DNA of 64,000 nt from Gallionella sp. Its GTDB lineage: Bacteria > Pseudomonadota > Gammaproteobacteria > Burkholderiales > Gallionellaceae. The notes below the pieces were generated by a model that was given only the letters and a program-made list of their open reading frames with translations, had not been told where the DNA came from and did no database searches. The DNA lies in NCBI GenBank assembly GCA_030682375.1, contig JAUXOL010000016.1:18577-82576 (forward strand), read 5' to 3'. Below are positions 42,386 to 52,883 of the stretch, in pieces. Each line of letters opens with the position of its first letter. The stretch's first letter is position 1. The position numbers and the translations under genes were made by a program.

Positions 42386-42583
42386 TTATGCGTATGGCAT
42401 CATGGCGCGCACGGACGCCGTGTTGGTTTCATGGACACCGGTTGCACCGCGCAGTTGACGCTTGCTCTTGGTTGTCTTCTTGGTCAGGATGTGGCGCTTG
42501 AACGCTTGACCGCGCTTGATGCTGCCACCCGCGCGGACGACGAAACGCTTCTTCGCGCCGCTCTTGGTTTTCATCTTAGGCAT
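42386..42583 (-). CDS. rpmI: 50S ribosomal protein L35
   Basis: [14 protein letters not shown]...[10 protein letters not shown]. Confidence 0.99.
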   Translation of the reverse strand: MPKMKTKSGAKKRFVVRAGGSIKRGQAFKRHILTKKTTKSKRQLRGATGVHETNTASVRAMMPYA

Positions 42584-42717
42584 GACTACTCCTTAAGTTA
42601 TGGTGGAAGGTGTTTTCCGATGGAAAAACTTGACGACCCGTACACCACTTTTTATCGGGGAACTATTGCTACATCATTCCGACCATCCCCTTGCTGTCGA
42701 AACAATTCATTCCTGAT

Positions 42718-42753
42718 GTCGGGTTACGCGCTTAAAGCGTACCTAATCCATAC
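42718..42753 (-). repeat. Decayed family-2 REP directly after the infC stop
   Basis: GTATGGATTAG...GCGTAACCCGAC resembles GTAGGTCGGGTTAG...CGTAACCCGAC at 10590. Confidence 0.4.
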
Positions 42754-43278
42754 TTATTTTTTCTTCGCCTTGGGCGACAGCACCATCACCATCTGACGGC
42801 CTTCCATCTTCGGATACTGCTCAACCACACCGTGCTCGTCCAGATCTGCCCTGATACGCTCGATCAGGCGCATGCCGATTTCCTGGTGCGCCATCTCGCG
42901 ACCGCGGAAACGCAGCGTGATCTTGGTCTTGTCGCCCTCGCCCAAGAACTTGATCAGGTTGCGCAACTTGATGTTGTAATCGCCCTCGTCGGTACCCGGA
43001 CGAAATTTGATTTCCTTGATCTGAACCTGTTTCTGCTTGAGCTTGGCTTCGTGCAGCTTCTTGCTTTCGGCATACTTGAACTTGCCGAAATCCATAATGC
43101 GACATACCGGAGGATCAGCCAGCGGCGAGATCTCTACCAGATCCAGCTCAGCTTCTTCCGCCAGACGCAATGCTTCCGCGCTAGACACAATCCCGAGGGG
43201 CTCTTTTTCTGCTCCAATGAGGCGCACCTGCGGTGCGGTAATCATCTCATTCAAGCGCTGCGATTTATCTTGTGCTAT
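42754..43278 (-). CDS. infC: Translation initiation factor IF-3 (non-AUG start, ATA)
   Basis: [29 protein letters not shown]; GGAG SD 6 nt before an in-frame ATA. Confidence 0.95.
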   Translation of the reverse strand: MAQDKSQRLNEMITAPQVRLIGAEKEPLGIVSSAEALRLAEEAELDLVEISPLADPPVCRIMDFGKFKYAESKKLHEAKLKQKQVQIKEIKFRPGTDEGDYNIKLRNLIKFLGEGDKTKITLRFRGREMAHQEIGMRLIERIRADLDEHGVVEQYPKMEGRQMVMVLSPKAKKK

Positions 43279-43299
43279 TGCTATCTCCGTTAGGCAAAA

Positions 43300-45213
43300 T
43301 TAAACCGTGCTGCCCGATTTCATCTCGGCCCCGAGTCGCTGCAACAATGCTTCCAGCGACATCTGTCCGAGATCTTCACCACTACGGGTACGCACGGCCA
43401 CCAATCTTCCAGCCATTTCCTTATCGCCGACGATCAGCTGATAGGGCAACTTCTGCAAGCTATGTTCACGTATTTTATAGGTAATCTTCTCGTTGCGCAA
43501 ATCCAGTTGCACGCGCAACCCAGCGTCGCGCAATATCTGCGCGACTTCCGCCGCATATTCCTCCTGCGCCTGCGAGATATTCATCAGCACCACCTGCATC
43601 GGCGACAGCCACAACGGGAACGCGCCAGCGTGGTGTTCGATCAGGATGCCGATGAAACGCTCCATCGACCCGAGAATCGCGCGATGCAGCATCACCGGAG
43701 GTTTGCGGCTGTTGTCCTCGTCGACGAACTCCGCATCCAGACGCACCGGCAAGTTGAAATCCAGCTGTATCGTACCGCACTGCCACAGACGACCGAGACT
43801 ATCCTTCAGCGTGAATTCGACCTTGGGGCCGTAGAACGCGCCCTCGCCCGGCTGAAGATCGTAGGCCAGCGCATTCTGCTGCAACGCGGCCGCCAGACCC
43901 GCCTCGGCCTTGTCCCAAGTCTCGTCGGAACCGACGCGCTTCTCCGGACGAGTCGACAACTTGACCAGCACCTCGTTGAAGCCGAAGTCGCGATACACCT
44001 CGTTCAGCATCACAATGAAATTCGACACTTCGGACTGCACCTGATCTTCGGTGCAGAAGATATGCGCATCGTCCTGGGTGAAACCGCGCACGCGCATCAG
44101 ACCGTGCAGCGAACCCGAGGTCTCGTTGCGGTGGCAGGAGCCAAACTCCGCGAGACGCAACGGCAGGTCCCGATAGCTGTGCAGGCCATGATTGAATATC
44201 TGCACATGGCCCGGACAGTTCATCGGCTTCACCGCGTAGTCGCGATTCTCCGATGCCGTCGTGAACATGTTGTCGCGATAGTTATCCCAGTGGCCGGACT
44301 TCTCCCACAGCGACCTGTCCATGATGGTCGGCGTACGCACTTCCTGATAGCCGTGACTGCGGAATTTGCGGCGCATGTATTGCTCGACTTCCTGCCACAG
44401 CGTCCAGCCCTTGGGATGCCAGAACACCATGCCGGGAGAAGAATCCTGCATATGGAACAACTCAAGCTGCTTGCCCAGCTTGCGGTGATCGCGCTTCTCC
44501 GCCTCTTCGAGCTGATGCAGATAGGCCTCGAGCTCTTCCTTCTTCGCCCAGGCCGTGCCGTAGATGCGCTGCAGCATCTCGTTCTTCGAATCACCGCGCC
44601 AGTAGGCACCGGCGACCTTCATCAGTTTGAACGCCTTGAGCTTGCCGGTGGATGGCACATGCGGACCGCGACACAGGTCGGTGAACTCGCCTTCGCTGTA
44701 CAGCGACACATCCTGATCTGCGGGAATGGACTCGATGATCTCGGCCTTGTACTGCTCGCCGATACGCTTGAAATAGCTGACTGCCTCGTCGCGCGGCAAC
44801 ACGCGACGTGCGACCGGCAGATCCAGCTTGGCGATCTCGGCCATGCGCTTCTCGATCGCCGCCAGATCTTCCGGCGTGAACGGTCGCTTGTAGGAGAAAT
44901 CGTAATAGAAGCCGTTCTCGATCACCGGACCGATAGTCACCTGCGCATCCGGAAACAGCTCCTTCACCGCATGCGCCAGCAAGTGAGCGGTCGAATGGCG
45001 AATGACTTCGACGCCGTCGGCATCCTTGTCGGTGATGATCGCGAGCTGCACATCCTGCTCGATCAGATGCGAGGTATCGACCACCTTGCCGTCCACTTTG
45101 CCCGCCAGCGCGGCGCGGGCGAGGCCAGCACCTATGCTGGCTGCGACATCGGCGACGGTGACGGATTGATCGAAACTGCGCTGCGAACCATCCGGCAAAG
45201 TGATGACTGGCAT
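43300..45213 (-). CDS. thrS: Threonine-tRNA ligase
   Basis: [33 protein letters not shown]. Confidence 0.99.
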   Translation of the reverse strand: MPVITLPDGSQRSFDQSVTVADVAASIGAGLARAALAGKVDGKVVDTSHLIEQDVQLAIITDKDADGVEVIRHSTAHLLAHAVKELFPDAQVTIGPVIENGFYYDFSYKRPFTPEDLAAIEKRMAEIAKLDLPVARRVLPRDEAVSYFKRIGEQYKAEIIESIPADQDVSLYSEGEFTDLCRGPHVPSTGKLKAFKLMKVAGAYWRGDSKNEMLQRIYGTAWAKKEELEAYLHQLEEAEKRDHRKLGKQLELFHMQDSSPGMVFWHPKGWTLWQEVEQYMRRKFRSHGYQEVRTPTIMDRSLWEKSGHWDNYRDNMFTTASENRDYAVKPMNCPGHVQIFNHGLHSYRDLPLRLAEFGSCHRNETSGSLHGLMRVRGFTQDDAHIFCTEDQVQSEVSNFIVMLNEVYRDFGFNEVLVKLSTRPEKRVGSDETWDKAEAGLAAALQQNALAYDLQPGEGAFYGPKVEFTLKDSLGRLWQCGTIQLDFNLPVRLDAEFVDEDNSRKPPVMLHRAILGSMERFIGILIEHHAGAFPLWLSPMQVVLMNISQAQEEYAAEVAQILRDAGLRVQLDLRNEKITYKIREHSLQKLPYQLIVGDKEMAGRLVAVRTRSGEDLGQMSLEALLQRLGAEMKSGSTV

Positions 45214-45263
45214 GTTTTTGCTTCCTGAAAATACAAAGTGCGGCATTGCCGCACTCGAAGTGT

Positions 45264-45340
45264 TGGTAGGCACGATTGGACTCGAACCAACGACCCCTAC
45301 CATGTCAAGGTAGTGCTCTAACCAGCTGAGCTACGCGCCT
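45264..45340 (-). tRNA. tRNA-Val(GAC)
   Basis: AGGCGCG...CTACC TT GAC AT GGTAG...GTTCGAG...CGTGCCTACCA. Confidence 0.98.
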
Positions 45341-45418
45341 AAAGAGGCCGCATTGTACACAAAAGGATTTCGCGCTTCAAACTAAATCTCGCGTTTTTTT
45401 ACTGTGTCGAACAATGAC

Positions 45419-46795
45419 TCAATAATCCGCCGCAAGATTCTCGAAACGCGTGTACTCGCCGCGGAACGCCAACCCCACGGTACCGATAGGACCGTTACGC
45501 TGCTTGCCGATGATGATCTCGGCCTTGCCCTTGTCCGGAGAATCCTTGTTGTAGACTTCGTCGCGATAGATGAACAGGATCAAGTCAGCATCCTGCTCGA
45601 TAGCACCAGATTCGCGCAGGTCCGACATCACCGGGCGCTTGTTGGGACGCTGCTCCAGACTGCGGTTCAGCTGCGACAGCGCGATCACCGGCACACGCAA
45701 CTCCTTCGCCAGCGCCTTCAGCGAACGCGATATCTCAGAGATCTCGGTGGCGCGATTCTCGCTCGCCTTGCCGGCATTGCCGCTCATCAACTGCAGATAG
45801 TCCACCACGATCAAACCCAGCTCGCCCTGCTGCCGGTGCAGGCGGCGCGAACGCGCACGCAATTCCAGCGCGGACAAGCCCGGCGTCTCGTCGATAAAAA
45901 TAGGCGCATCGTTGAGCCTGCCCAGCGCATGGGTCAAACGCCCCCAGTCGTCGTCCTGCAGACGACCGGTGCGCAGGTCGTGCTGATTGAGCTTGCCGAC
46001 CGAGCCCAGCATACGCATCACCAACTGGGCCGCGCCCATTTCCATACTGTAGATCGCAACCGACTTGCCCTCCAACGCGACGTTCTCGGCGATATTGATC
46101 GAGAACGCGGTCTTGCCCATACTCGGACGCCCGGCGACGATGACCAGATCGCCCGCCTGCAACCCCGACGTCATCCGGTCCAGATCGGTGTACCCGGTGG
46201 CAGTGCCGGTCACTTCGCTGTGGTCTTCGCGACCATACAGCGTCTCGATGCGCTCGACCACCTGCGTCAACAGCGGCGGCATCGAGAAGAACCCCTGCTT
46301 GCCCTTGGACCCGGCCTCGGCGATCTCGAACACCTTGCTCTCAGCCTCATCTAGCAGTTGCGCGGCATCGCGCCCGGTCGGGTTGTAGGCACTGCTGGCG
46401 ATGTCGCTGCCGACCTCCACCAGCTTGCGCATGATCGAACGCTCCCGCACGATCTCGCCGTATCGGCGGATATTCGCGGCGGACGGCACGTTCTGCGCGA
46501 GACTGCCCAGATAAGGCAGACCGCCCACCTTGTCCAGCTCGCCATTGTTCTCCAGCGCCTCGGCGACGGTGATCACATCCACCGGCTTGGCCTGTTCGCT
46601 CAGACGCACGATCTGGCGATAGATCAAGCGGTGCTCGTGACGATAGAAGTCGCCATCGGTGATCAGATCGATGATCTTGTCCAACGCGCCCGACTCGAGC
46701 AGCAGACCGCCCAGCACCGATTGCTCCGCCTCCACCGAATGCGGGGGCAGTTTGATCTGGTCGAGTTGCGCGTCGGCGCCCGTGAAATTGTTCAT
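45419..46795 (-). CDS. dnaB: Replicative DNA helicase
   Basis: PPHSVEAEQSVLG, GRPSMGKT, VDYLQL, SDLRESGAIEQDAD. Confidence 0.98.
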   Translation of the reverse strand: MNNFTGADAQLDQIKLPPHSVEAEQSVLGGLLLESGALDKIIDLITDGDFYRHEHRLIYRQIVRLSEQAKPVDVITVAEALENNGELDKVGGLPYLGSLAQNVPSAANIRRYGEIVRERSIMRKLVEVGSDIASSAYNPTGRDAAQLLDEAESKVFEIAEAGSKGKQGFFSMPPLLTQVVERIETLYGREDHSEVTGTATGYTDLDRMTSGLQAGDLVIVAGRPSMGKTAFSINIAENVALEGKSVAIYSMEMGAAQLVMRMLGSVGKLNQHDLRTGRLQDDDWGRLTHALGRLNDAPIFIDETPGLSALELRARSRRLHRQQGELGLIVVDYLQLMSGNAGKASENRATEISEISRSLKALAKELRVPVIALSQLNRSLEQRPNKRPVMSDLRESGAIEQDADLILFIYRDEVYNKDSPDKGKAEIIIGKQRNGPIGTVGLAFRGEYTRFENLAADY

Positions 46796-46853
46796 TGTTG
46801 GATGTCGGCCTGAGGTGTAATCGGGATGCATTTTACCTTAGTTGCAAGGAGAC

Positions 46854-46875
46854 GTAGGGGCGCGATTCACGCCCC
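46854..46875. repeat. Degenerate family-1 REP upstream of dnaB
   Basis: GTAGGGGCGCGATTCA-CGCCCC; matches the RAYT-flanking REP apart from a short deletion. Confidence 0.55.
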
Positions 46876-46927
46876 CACTCTACTGTCATGCGACATCGAA
46901 GGCACGATATATCGCCCCGACAAAAAC

Positions 46928-46955
46928 AAAAAAGGACTGTCGCCAGTCCTTTTTT
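46928..46955. terminator. Intrinsic terminator after rplI
   Basis: AAAAAAGGACTG-TCGC-CAGTCCTTTTTT. Confidence 0.85.
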
Positions 46956-46978
46956 GCATTGCCGCGATACAAGACGAA

Positions 46979-47428
46979 TTAGTGTTCGCCCAGCACCGAG
47001 ACGGTGATGTCCACGACCACATCGGTGTGCAACGCAACGCTGACCGGGTAGTCGCCGATCTGCTTCAGGTGACCGCCAGCGATACGCACTTGCGACTTCT
47101 CCACAGCGTGGCCTTGAGCAACCAGCGCAGCAGCGACGTCGGCATTGGTGACGGAACCGAACAGCTTGCCGTCCACGCCTGCCTTCTGTGCGATCTGCAC
47201 GGTCAGACCGGCCAGCTTCTCGCCGCGAGCCTGTGCATCGGCCAGCTTGGCCTTGTCGGCTGCCTCGATCTCGACGCGACGCGCTTCGAACTCAGCCATG
47301 TTGGCGGCAGTTGCGCGCTTAGCCATGCCTTGCGGGATCAGGAAGTTACGGGCATAGCCGTTCTTGACCTTGACCACATCGCCCAATTGACCAACGTTGG
47401 CCACTTTTTCCATCAAAATGATTTGCAT
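46979..47428 (-). CDS. rplI: 50S ribosomal protein L9
   Basis: [20 protein letters not shown]. Confidence 0.99.
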   Translation of the reverse strand: MQIILMEKVANVGQLGDVVKVKNGYARNFLIPQGMAKRATAANMAEFEARRVEIEAADKAKLADAQARGEKLAGLTVQIAQKAGVDGKLFGSVTNADVAAALVAQGHAVEKSQVRIAGGHLKQIGDYPVSVALHTDVVVDITVSVLGEH

Positions 47429-47441
47429 GTTCTGCTCCTTC

Positions 47442-47717
47442 TTAATGCAGGTCGGTGTACGGCAGCAATGCCAGGAAACGAGCGCGCTTCACGGCGGTGC
47501 TCAATTGACGCTGGTAGCGTGTCTTGGTGCCGGTGATGCGAGCCGGGATCAGCTTGCCGTTTTCGGAGATGAATTCCTTGAGGATGTTCACATCCTTGTA
47601 ATCCACTTCCGCGATCTTATCTACCGTGAAGCGGCAGAACTTGCGGCGCTTGAACAGATTGTTGCGGGAAGAACGCTTGTTCTTGTCATCTTTCTTCTTG
47701 TCGGATGGACGAGCCAT
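47442..47717 (-). CDS. rpsR: 30S ribosomal protein S18
   Basis: [24 protein letters not shown]. Confidence 0.99.
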   Translation of the reverse strand: MARPSDKKKDDKNKRSSRNNLFKRRKFCRFTVDKIAEVDYKDVNILKEFISENGKLIPARITGTKTRYQRQLSTAVKRARFLALLPYTDLH

Positions 47718-47726
47718 GATGTTTCC

Positions 47727-48023
47727 TTATTCCAAAATAATATCGTTGATATGCAAAACCAGTTGTCGACTGCGCATACTGCGCTGAGCCAGAAAACCTT
47801 TCACCTTGACGGTTTGCCCTATCGCGAATCCGGCGACCTTGTGGGCCGTTTCGGCGAATGCCAGTGCATCGATCTCGCACTGCACCTGCCTGCTTCCGTT
47901 CGCTTCGGGCTGTTGCGAGCTGTGACGTAACGTCAGTTCCACTCTCGCTACCCCAGCCGGGGTGTACCTCAAACCATCCAGTGCGATCAGCTCTCCGCCG
48001 ATGACGACCTGGTTACGCGCCAA
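47727..48023 (-). CDS. priB: Primosomal protein N
   Basis: RYTPAGV, LHIN; between rpsF and rpsR (TTG start). Confidence 0.93.
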   Translation of the reverse strand: MARNQVVIGGELIALDGLRYTPAGVARVELTLRHSSQQPEANGSRQVQCEIDALAFAETAHKVAGFAIGQTVKVKGFLAQRSMRSRQLVLHINDIILE

Positions 48024-48026
48024 TGC

Positions 48027-48413
48027 TTACGCTGCTGCCGCTTCTGCTGCCGGAGCAGCCGGTGCAGTCGCTTCGCTGGACATGGAACGGGGCTTCTCTT
48101 CCTTCATCATCGCGGAAGGCTCGGTGACGGCAGCCTTGGTCTTGACGGTCAGATGACGCAGCACCGCGTCGTTGAAGCGGAATGCATGCTCCAGCTCGTC
48201 CAGGGTCTCCTGGTTGCATTCGATGTTCATCAGCACGTAGTGTGCCTTGTGGATCTTTTGGATAGGATAGGCCAACTGGCGACGGCCCCAGTCTTCCAGA
48301 CGATGGATCAGACCGGTCTTGGAAGTGACCAGTGTGCGATAACGCTCGATCATCGCGGGCACTTGCTCGCTCTGATCGGGGTGCACGATAAACACGATTT
48401 CGTAATGACGCAT
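48027..48413 (-). CDS. rpsF: 30S ribosomal protein S6
   Basis: [30 protein letters not shown]. Confidence 0.99.
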   Translation of the reverse strand: MRHYEIVFIVHPDQSEQVPAMIERYRTLVTSKTGLIHRLEDWGRRQLAYPIQKIHKAHYVLMNIECNQETLDELEHAFRFNDAVLRHLTVKTKAAVTEPSAMMKEEKPRSMSSEATAPAAPAAEAAAA

Positions 48414-48417
48414 TACA

Positions 48418-48464
48418 TCTCCTTACGGTTAAAGCCCCCCGCCATGCGTAGCGGTGGAGCAAGG
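48418..48464 (-). promoter_or_regulatory. S6:S18 leader RNA
   Basis: CCTTGC pairs with GTAAGG over the SD, with the conserved CCG immediately 5' of it; TATAAT at 48498-48503. Confidence 0.6.
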
Positions 48465-48536
48465 TCGAGAGCCGACCATCGGCTCTACGGGGCGCGCATT
48501 ATAACGAAAAAGCGAGACAGGTCAAGGACATCGAGC

Positions 48537-49319
48537 CTACGCGACGACCAGCGAACGCTGCCGAACCGCCTCGAACAGGCAGACCGCGGTCGCGGCGGCC
48601 GCGTTCAGCGACTCGACCTTGCCGGGCATCGGTATCGTGAAACGCCGTGTAGCCGCGTCCTGCAAGGCTTTGGACAGCCCTGCCCCCTCGTTGCCGACCG
48701 CAAAGGCGAGATCGCCGCCGAGGTCGCAATCGTACAGCCCGGCGTCGGCCTGCAACGAAGCCGCGAACACGGTTCCCGGCAGCGTCGCCGCGACCGCCAA
48801 CAAGTCCGATGCCTCGTAGATGGATAGCGCGAAATGCCCGCCCATCGCCGCGCGCAACACCCGAGGCGACCAGGCGTCGGCGCAGCCCTTGGACAGATAC
48901 ACCGCATCGCAGCCCGCCGCCGCCGCCGAGCGCAGCATCGAACCGAGGTTGCCCGGGTCCTGAATGTCTTCCAGCAACAACGCGAAGCGGCTGTCGGCCG
49001 GCAGCGGCTGCGGGATATCGACCAGCGCGAGTATGCCGGTCGGCGTCTTCAGCTCGGTGAGTTCGGCGAACAGCTTGTCGTCCAGCTGCGTCATAGCCAC
49101 GCCGGAGGCTCGCTTCAGCAAGGCCTCGACCTCATCGTCCTTCAGCGCCGCACTGTTCAGCAGGATATTCAGCGGCAGCTTGCCCGAATCCAGATACGCC
49201 GCAAGGAGATGCGTTCCATCCAGCAGCGTCTGCCCGGCCTTGCCGCGCTGACGCGCCGAACCGGCGAGTTTGACGAGTTCTTTAAAAAAGGGATTGTCGT
49301 GCGACTGGATCAGTTTCAT
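48537..49319 (-). CDS. TrmH/SpoU family RNA methyltransferase
   Basis: IQDPGNLGSMLRSA, VGNEGAGL, ESLNAAAA. Confidence 0.95.
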   Translation of the reverse strand: MKLIQSHDNPFFKELVKLAGSARQRGKAGQTLLDGTHLLAAYLDSGKLPLNILLNSAALKDDEVEALLKRASGVAMTQLDDKLFAELTELKTPTGILALVDIPQPLPADSRFALLLEDIQDPGNLGSMLRSAAAAGCDAVYLSKGCADAWSPRVLRAAMGGHFALSIYEASDLLAVAATLPGTVFAASLQADAGLYDCDLGGDLAFAVGNEGAGLSKALQDAATRRFTIPMPGKVESLNAAAATAVCLFEAVRQRSLVVA

Positions 49320-49337
49320 TGCTTGTCATCTTTCTCT

Positions 49338-49408
49338 GTAGGGGCGCGATTTATCGCGCCCGATTTCATCGCCCCATCGTCATTGGGCGCGATAAATCGC
49401 GCCCCAAC
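49338..49408. repeat. Family-1 REP doublet inside the RAYT C-terminus
   Basis: GTAGGGGCGCGATTTATCGCGCCC ... GGGCGCGATAAATCGCGCCCCAAC. Confidence 0.9.
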
Positions 49409-49610
49409 GGGGGCATCTGGATTTTCGCGGTCGATTGCCCATTGCGCTGGATTATTGGCAATGTACTCGCGAATCTCCTGCAGCGAGGATTCGCTGCGGA
49501 TGATGTGCTCGTAATAATTGCGCTGCCAAATCGATACGCTTTGCATACCGCGCAACCTATTAATGCCATGAGTACAACGCGCCTTGTATGCCCGGACGAT
49601 ATCCCCAACC

Positions 49611-49634
49611 GTAGGGGCGCGATTCATCGCGCCC
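49611..49634. repeat. Single family-1 REP inside the RAYT coding region
   Basis: GTAGGGGCGCGATTCATCGCGCCC encodes GAMNRAPT on the minus strand. Confidence 0.9.
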
Positions 49635-49938
49635 AAATCGTTCAGCACCACAACACCATGAACATGATTCGGCATCACCACGAACGCATCCAGTTCGATA
49701 CCCGAAAAATATTCAGGCAATTGATCCCAAAGACGCTGCACCAAATGTCCGGCCTCGTTCAACCTCACGACATCACCATCCACCGCACCGAATAAACAGG
49801 CCCGTTCATGGGCGCACAATGTGACGAAATACGCCCCAGCCTGCGAATAATCGTAACCGCGCAGACGGATTGAACGGCGATGGTGAATGCAAGGATCGAA
49901 TGATGGCGTATCGGGCATGCTAAATCGCACAGGGGGTT

Positions 49939-49962
49939 GGGCGTGATGAATCACGCCCCTAC
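49939..49962. repeat. Family-1 REP variant upstream of the RAYT
   Basis: GGGCGTGATGAATCACGCCCCTAC; compensatory C-G to T-A stem change. Confidence 0.85.
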
Positions 49963-50005
49963 GGATGCTGGGATTCGCATTTCCATGTGCAAGACATTCC
50001 TCCTT

Positions 50006-50093
50006 GTAGGGGCGCGATTCATCGCGCCCGGATTCGTGAATACATCAATTTGCGTATCGTGATTATTATGGGCGCGATAAATCGCGCCCCTAC
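50006..50093. repeat. Family-1 REP doublet between scpB and the RAYT
   Basis: GTAGGGGCGCGATTCATCGCGCCC ... GGGCGCGATAAATCGCGCCCCTAC. Confidence 0.92.
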
Positions 50094-50096
50094 GGT

Positions 50097-50897
50097 TCAC
50101 GATCGGTCGGTCGCCGCGTCGTCAGGACCGAAAGGCCAACCTTCGGGGGCATCCGTCTCCGCATGCGGCAGGCTAGGGATCGGCACCGAGGCGGATGCCG
50201 GTATCGCGACGGATTCGGGTTCCGCCATCTGCTCAGGAGCAGGCGCGGGCGCGGCTTCGATCCTTGCTTCCTGCTCCAGCAGCGAACCTATCTCCTGCAG
50301 CGACGGCAGATCGCTCAACATGCGCAGATTCAGGTCGTCCAGCATCTGCTTCGTGGTCGCGAACAGCTCCGGCTTGCCGGGCGCATCGCGGGTGCCGACG
50401 ACCTCGACCCAGCCGCGCGCCTCCAGTGTTTTCAATATCTGCGATGACACCGCGACGCCGCGGATTTCCTCGATGTCGCCGCGCGTGACCGGCTGGTGGT
50501 AGGCGATAATCGCCAGCGTCTCCAGCACCGCGCGCGAATAGCGCGGCGGCTTCTGGGGATTCAGGCGATCGAGGTATTGCTGCATCTCGGGCCTGGCGCG
50601 GAAGCGCCAACCGCTGGCGACGCGAGTCAGTTCGACGCCGCGCCTCTGCCAGTCCAGCGCCAGCGATTCGAGCAAGGCTTCCATCTGACGAGTGTCCAGC
50701 GACACGTCGCTGAGCTTCTTCAGTTCGGATACCGACAACGGTTCGGTCGTGGTCAGCAGCGCGGTTTCGAGCACGATCTTGAACTGCTCGGTGTTCATCT
50801 TCCCGCCGAACAGATCGACGCTGATCGCGCTGGCATCATCACCCCCTGCGGGAGCGACGTCACTCTGCTGCTTCAATGGCTCGGCTTGTTCGGACAT
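50097..50897 (-). CDS. scpB: SMC-Scp complex subunit ScpB
   Basis: [34 protein letters not shown]. Confidence 0.95.
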   Translation of the reverse strand: MSEQAEPLKQQSDVAPAGGDDASAISVDLFGGKMNTEQFKIVLETALLTTTEPLSVSELKKLSDVSLDTRQMEALLESLALDWQRRGVELTRVASGWRFRARPEMQQYLDRLNPQKPPRYSRAVLETLAIIAYHQPVTRGDIEEIRGVAVSSQILKTLEARGWVEVVGTRDAPGKPELFATTKQMLDDLNLRMLSDLPSLQEIGSLLEQEARIEAAPAPAPEQMAEPESVAIPASASVPIPSLPHAETDAPEGWPFGPDDAATDRS

Positions 50898-51669
50898 AGA
50901 TACTCCCAAATGTTTCGCTTTGCTGGATTTCCACCAGATATTCCTTCGCCAGTTCGAGCACGGCGATGAAAGTCACCACCAGTTTCGGCACGCCGCCATC
51001 CAGATCGAACAACTTATCGAAGAGCACGAACTCGCCGCCCTGCAAACAGCGCAGCACATGCGTCATCTGCTCGCGCACCGACAGTTGTTCGCGGCGCACC
51101 TTATGGTGCTTGTTCAGCTTGGCTCGCGCCAGCAGCCCCATCCAGGTCTGGCGCAAATCTTCGACGCTGACCTCGGGCAGGCGCTCCTGCACGGTGCGTT
51201 CGATCAGCACCTGCACGATCTGGAAATCGCGCCCGGCCTGCGGCAGCTCGTTGAGTTTCTGCGCGGCCTCCTTCATCTGCTCGTATTCGAGCAGGCGGCG
51301 CATCAGTTCGGCGCGCGGATCTTCCGGCCCCGTCTCGCTGAGCTTGGGCTGCCGCGGCAGCAGCATGCGCGACTTGATCTCGATCAGCACAGCGGCCATC
51401 AGCAGATATTCCGCGGCCAGCTCCAGCCGGTTCTGCTGCATCAGCTCGATGTAACTCATGTACTGCCGGGTCAGCTCCGCCATCGGGATGTCGAGCACAT
51501 CGAGGTTGTGCCTGCGGATCAAGTACAGCAGCAGGTCGAGCGGCCCCTGAAAGCTTTCCAGCACCAGTTCCAGCGCATCCGGCGGGATGTACAGGTCCAG
51601 CGGCATCTCCAGCAGCGGCTCGCCGTGGATATGCGCGATGGGATGCAATGGCAGCTGGGTTCCGCTCAT
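50860..51669 (-). CDS. scpA: Segregation/condensation protein ScpA
   Basis: [34 protein letters not shown]. Confidence 0.95.
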   Translation of the reverse strand: MSGTQLPLHPIAHIHGEPLLEMPLDLYIPPDALELVLESFQGPLDLLLYLIRRHNLDVLDIPMAELTRQYMSYIELMQQNRLELAAEYLLMAAVLIEIKSRMLLPRQPKLSETGPEDPRAELMRRLLEYEQMKEAAQKLNELPQAGRDFQIVQVLIERTVQERLPEVSVEDLRQTWMGLLARAKLNKHHKVRREQLSVREQMTHVLRCLQGGEFVLFDKLFDLDGGVPKLVVTFIAVLELAKEYLVEIQQSETFGSIYVRTSRAIEAAE

Positions 51670-51674
51670 AGCGC

Positions 51675-52877
51675 CTAGCTGTAGCTCAGCCCCATCGCCT
51701 CGCGCACGTCGCGCATGGTCTCGCGCGCCAGTTCGCGCGCCTTCTCGCAGCCGTCGGCGATGATGTTGCGCACCAGCGCCGGATCGTCCAGATACAACTG
51801 CGCGCGTTCGCGCATCGGGCGCTGTTCTTCCAGCACCGCCTCGATCACCGGCTGCTTGCATTCGATGCAGCCTATGCCCGCACTCTTGCAGCCCTGCTGC
51901 ACCCATTGCTTCGTGTCGTCGCCGGAATACACCTGATGCAGCTGCCAGACCGGGCAGCGCTCCGGATCGCCCGGATCGGTGCGGCGTATGCGCGCCGGAT
52001 CGGTCGGCATGGTGCGTATCTTCTTGCCGACGCTGACCTCGTCTTCGCGCAGCGTGATGGTGTTGTTGTAAGACTTGGACATCTTCTGGCCGTCCAGCCC
52101 CGGCATCTTGGAAGCGACTGTCAGCATCGCTTGCGGCTCTGACAGGATCATCTTGCCGCCGCCTTCCAAGTAGCCGAACAGGCGCTCGCGGTCGCCGTGG
52201 GAGAGGCTCTGCTGTTCGTCCAGCAACGCCTTGGCGGACAGCAGCGCCTCGTCGTCGCCCTGTTCCTGGAAGCGCACGCGCAATTCGCTGTAGAGCTTGG
52301 CCTTCTTGCTGCCCAGTTTCTTCACCGCGGCTTCGGCCTTCTCCTCGAAGCCCGGCTCGCGGCCGTAGATGTGGTTGAAACGGCGCGCGATCTCGCGGGT
52401 GAATTCGATGTGCGGCACCTGGTCCTCGCCCACCGGCACCTGGGTCGCGCGGTAAATGAGAATATCCGCGCTCTGCAGCAGCGGATAGCCGAGAAAGCCG
52501 TAAGTGGAAAGGTCCTTGCCGGACAGTTTCTCCTGCTGGTCCTTGTAGGTCGGCATGCGCTCCAGCCAGCCCAGCGGCGTGATCATCGACAGCAGCAGGT
52601 GCAGCTCGGCATGCTCGGGCACGCGCGACTGGATGAACATCGTCGCATGAGCCGGATCGACGCCGGCGGCGAGCCAGTCCACCACCATGTCCCACACGCT
52701 CTGCTCGATCACCTGCGGGGTATCGTAGTGCGTGGTCAACGCGTGCCAGTCGGCCACGAAGAACAGGCACTCGAATTCGTGCTGCATCTGCACCCAGTTC
52801 TTCAACACCCCGTGGTAATGGCCCAGATGCAAACTGCCCGTGGGGCGCATACCCGATAAAACCCTATCCGCAAACAT
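51675..52877 (-). CDS. trpS: Tryptophan-tRNA ligase
   Basis: SGMRPTG, HLGH, KMSKS. Confidence 0.97.
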   Translation of the reverse strand: MFADRVLSGMRPTGSLHLGHYHGVLKNWVQMQHEFECLFFVADWHALTTHYDTPQVIEQSVWDMVVDWLAAGVDPAHATMFIQSRVPEHAELHLLLSMITPLGWLERMPTYKDQQEKLSGKDLSTYGFLGYPLLQSADILIYRATQVPVGEDQVPHIEFTREIARRFNHIYGREPGFEEKAEAAVKKLGSKKAKLYSELRVRFQEQGDDEALLSAKALLDEQQSLSHGDRERLFGYLEGGGKMILSEPQAMLTVASKMPGLDGQKMSKSYNNTITLREDEVSVGKKIRTMPTDPARIRRTDPGDPERCPVWQLHQVYSGDDTKQWVQQGCKSAGIGCIECKQPVIEAVLEEQRPMRERAQLYLDDPALVRNIIADGCEKARELARETMRDVREAMGLSYS

Positions 52878-52883
52878 ATGTGC

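Larger units (their letters stand above)
49316..49918 (-). mobile_element. REP-associated tyrosine transposase (RAYT, HUH/Y1 superfamily)
   Basis: RRSIRLRGYDYSQAGAYFVT, HUH motif MPNHVHG, WQRNYYEHIIR, catalytic-type YIANNP; surrounded by GTAG REPs. Confidence 0.9.

Noticed and set aside
42584-42660. L20 autoregulatory leader upstream of rpmI
   Set aside because: The position is plausible but I could not identify the diagnostic pairings by eye; needs an Rfam search.
49316-49918. RAYT as an autonomous IS200/IS605 insertion sequence
   Set aside because: No tnpB and no IS-type left/right end hairpins; REP flanks and sequence motifs fit a RAYT.
49338-50093. Cluster of ~24-bp repeats as a CRISPR array
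   Set aside because: The repeats alternate in orientation, are irregularly spaced, carry a GTAG tag and flank a RAYT; no cas genes. They are REPs.
52140-52360. Long helical insertion in TrpRS before KMSKS
   Set aside because: As I recall, this is a common lineage feature of betaproteobacterial TrpRS, and it is not repeat-derived.
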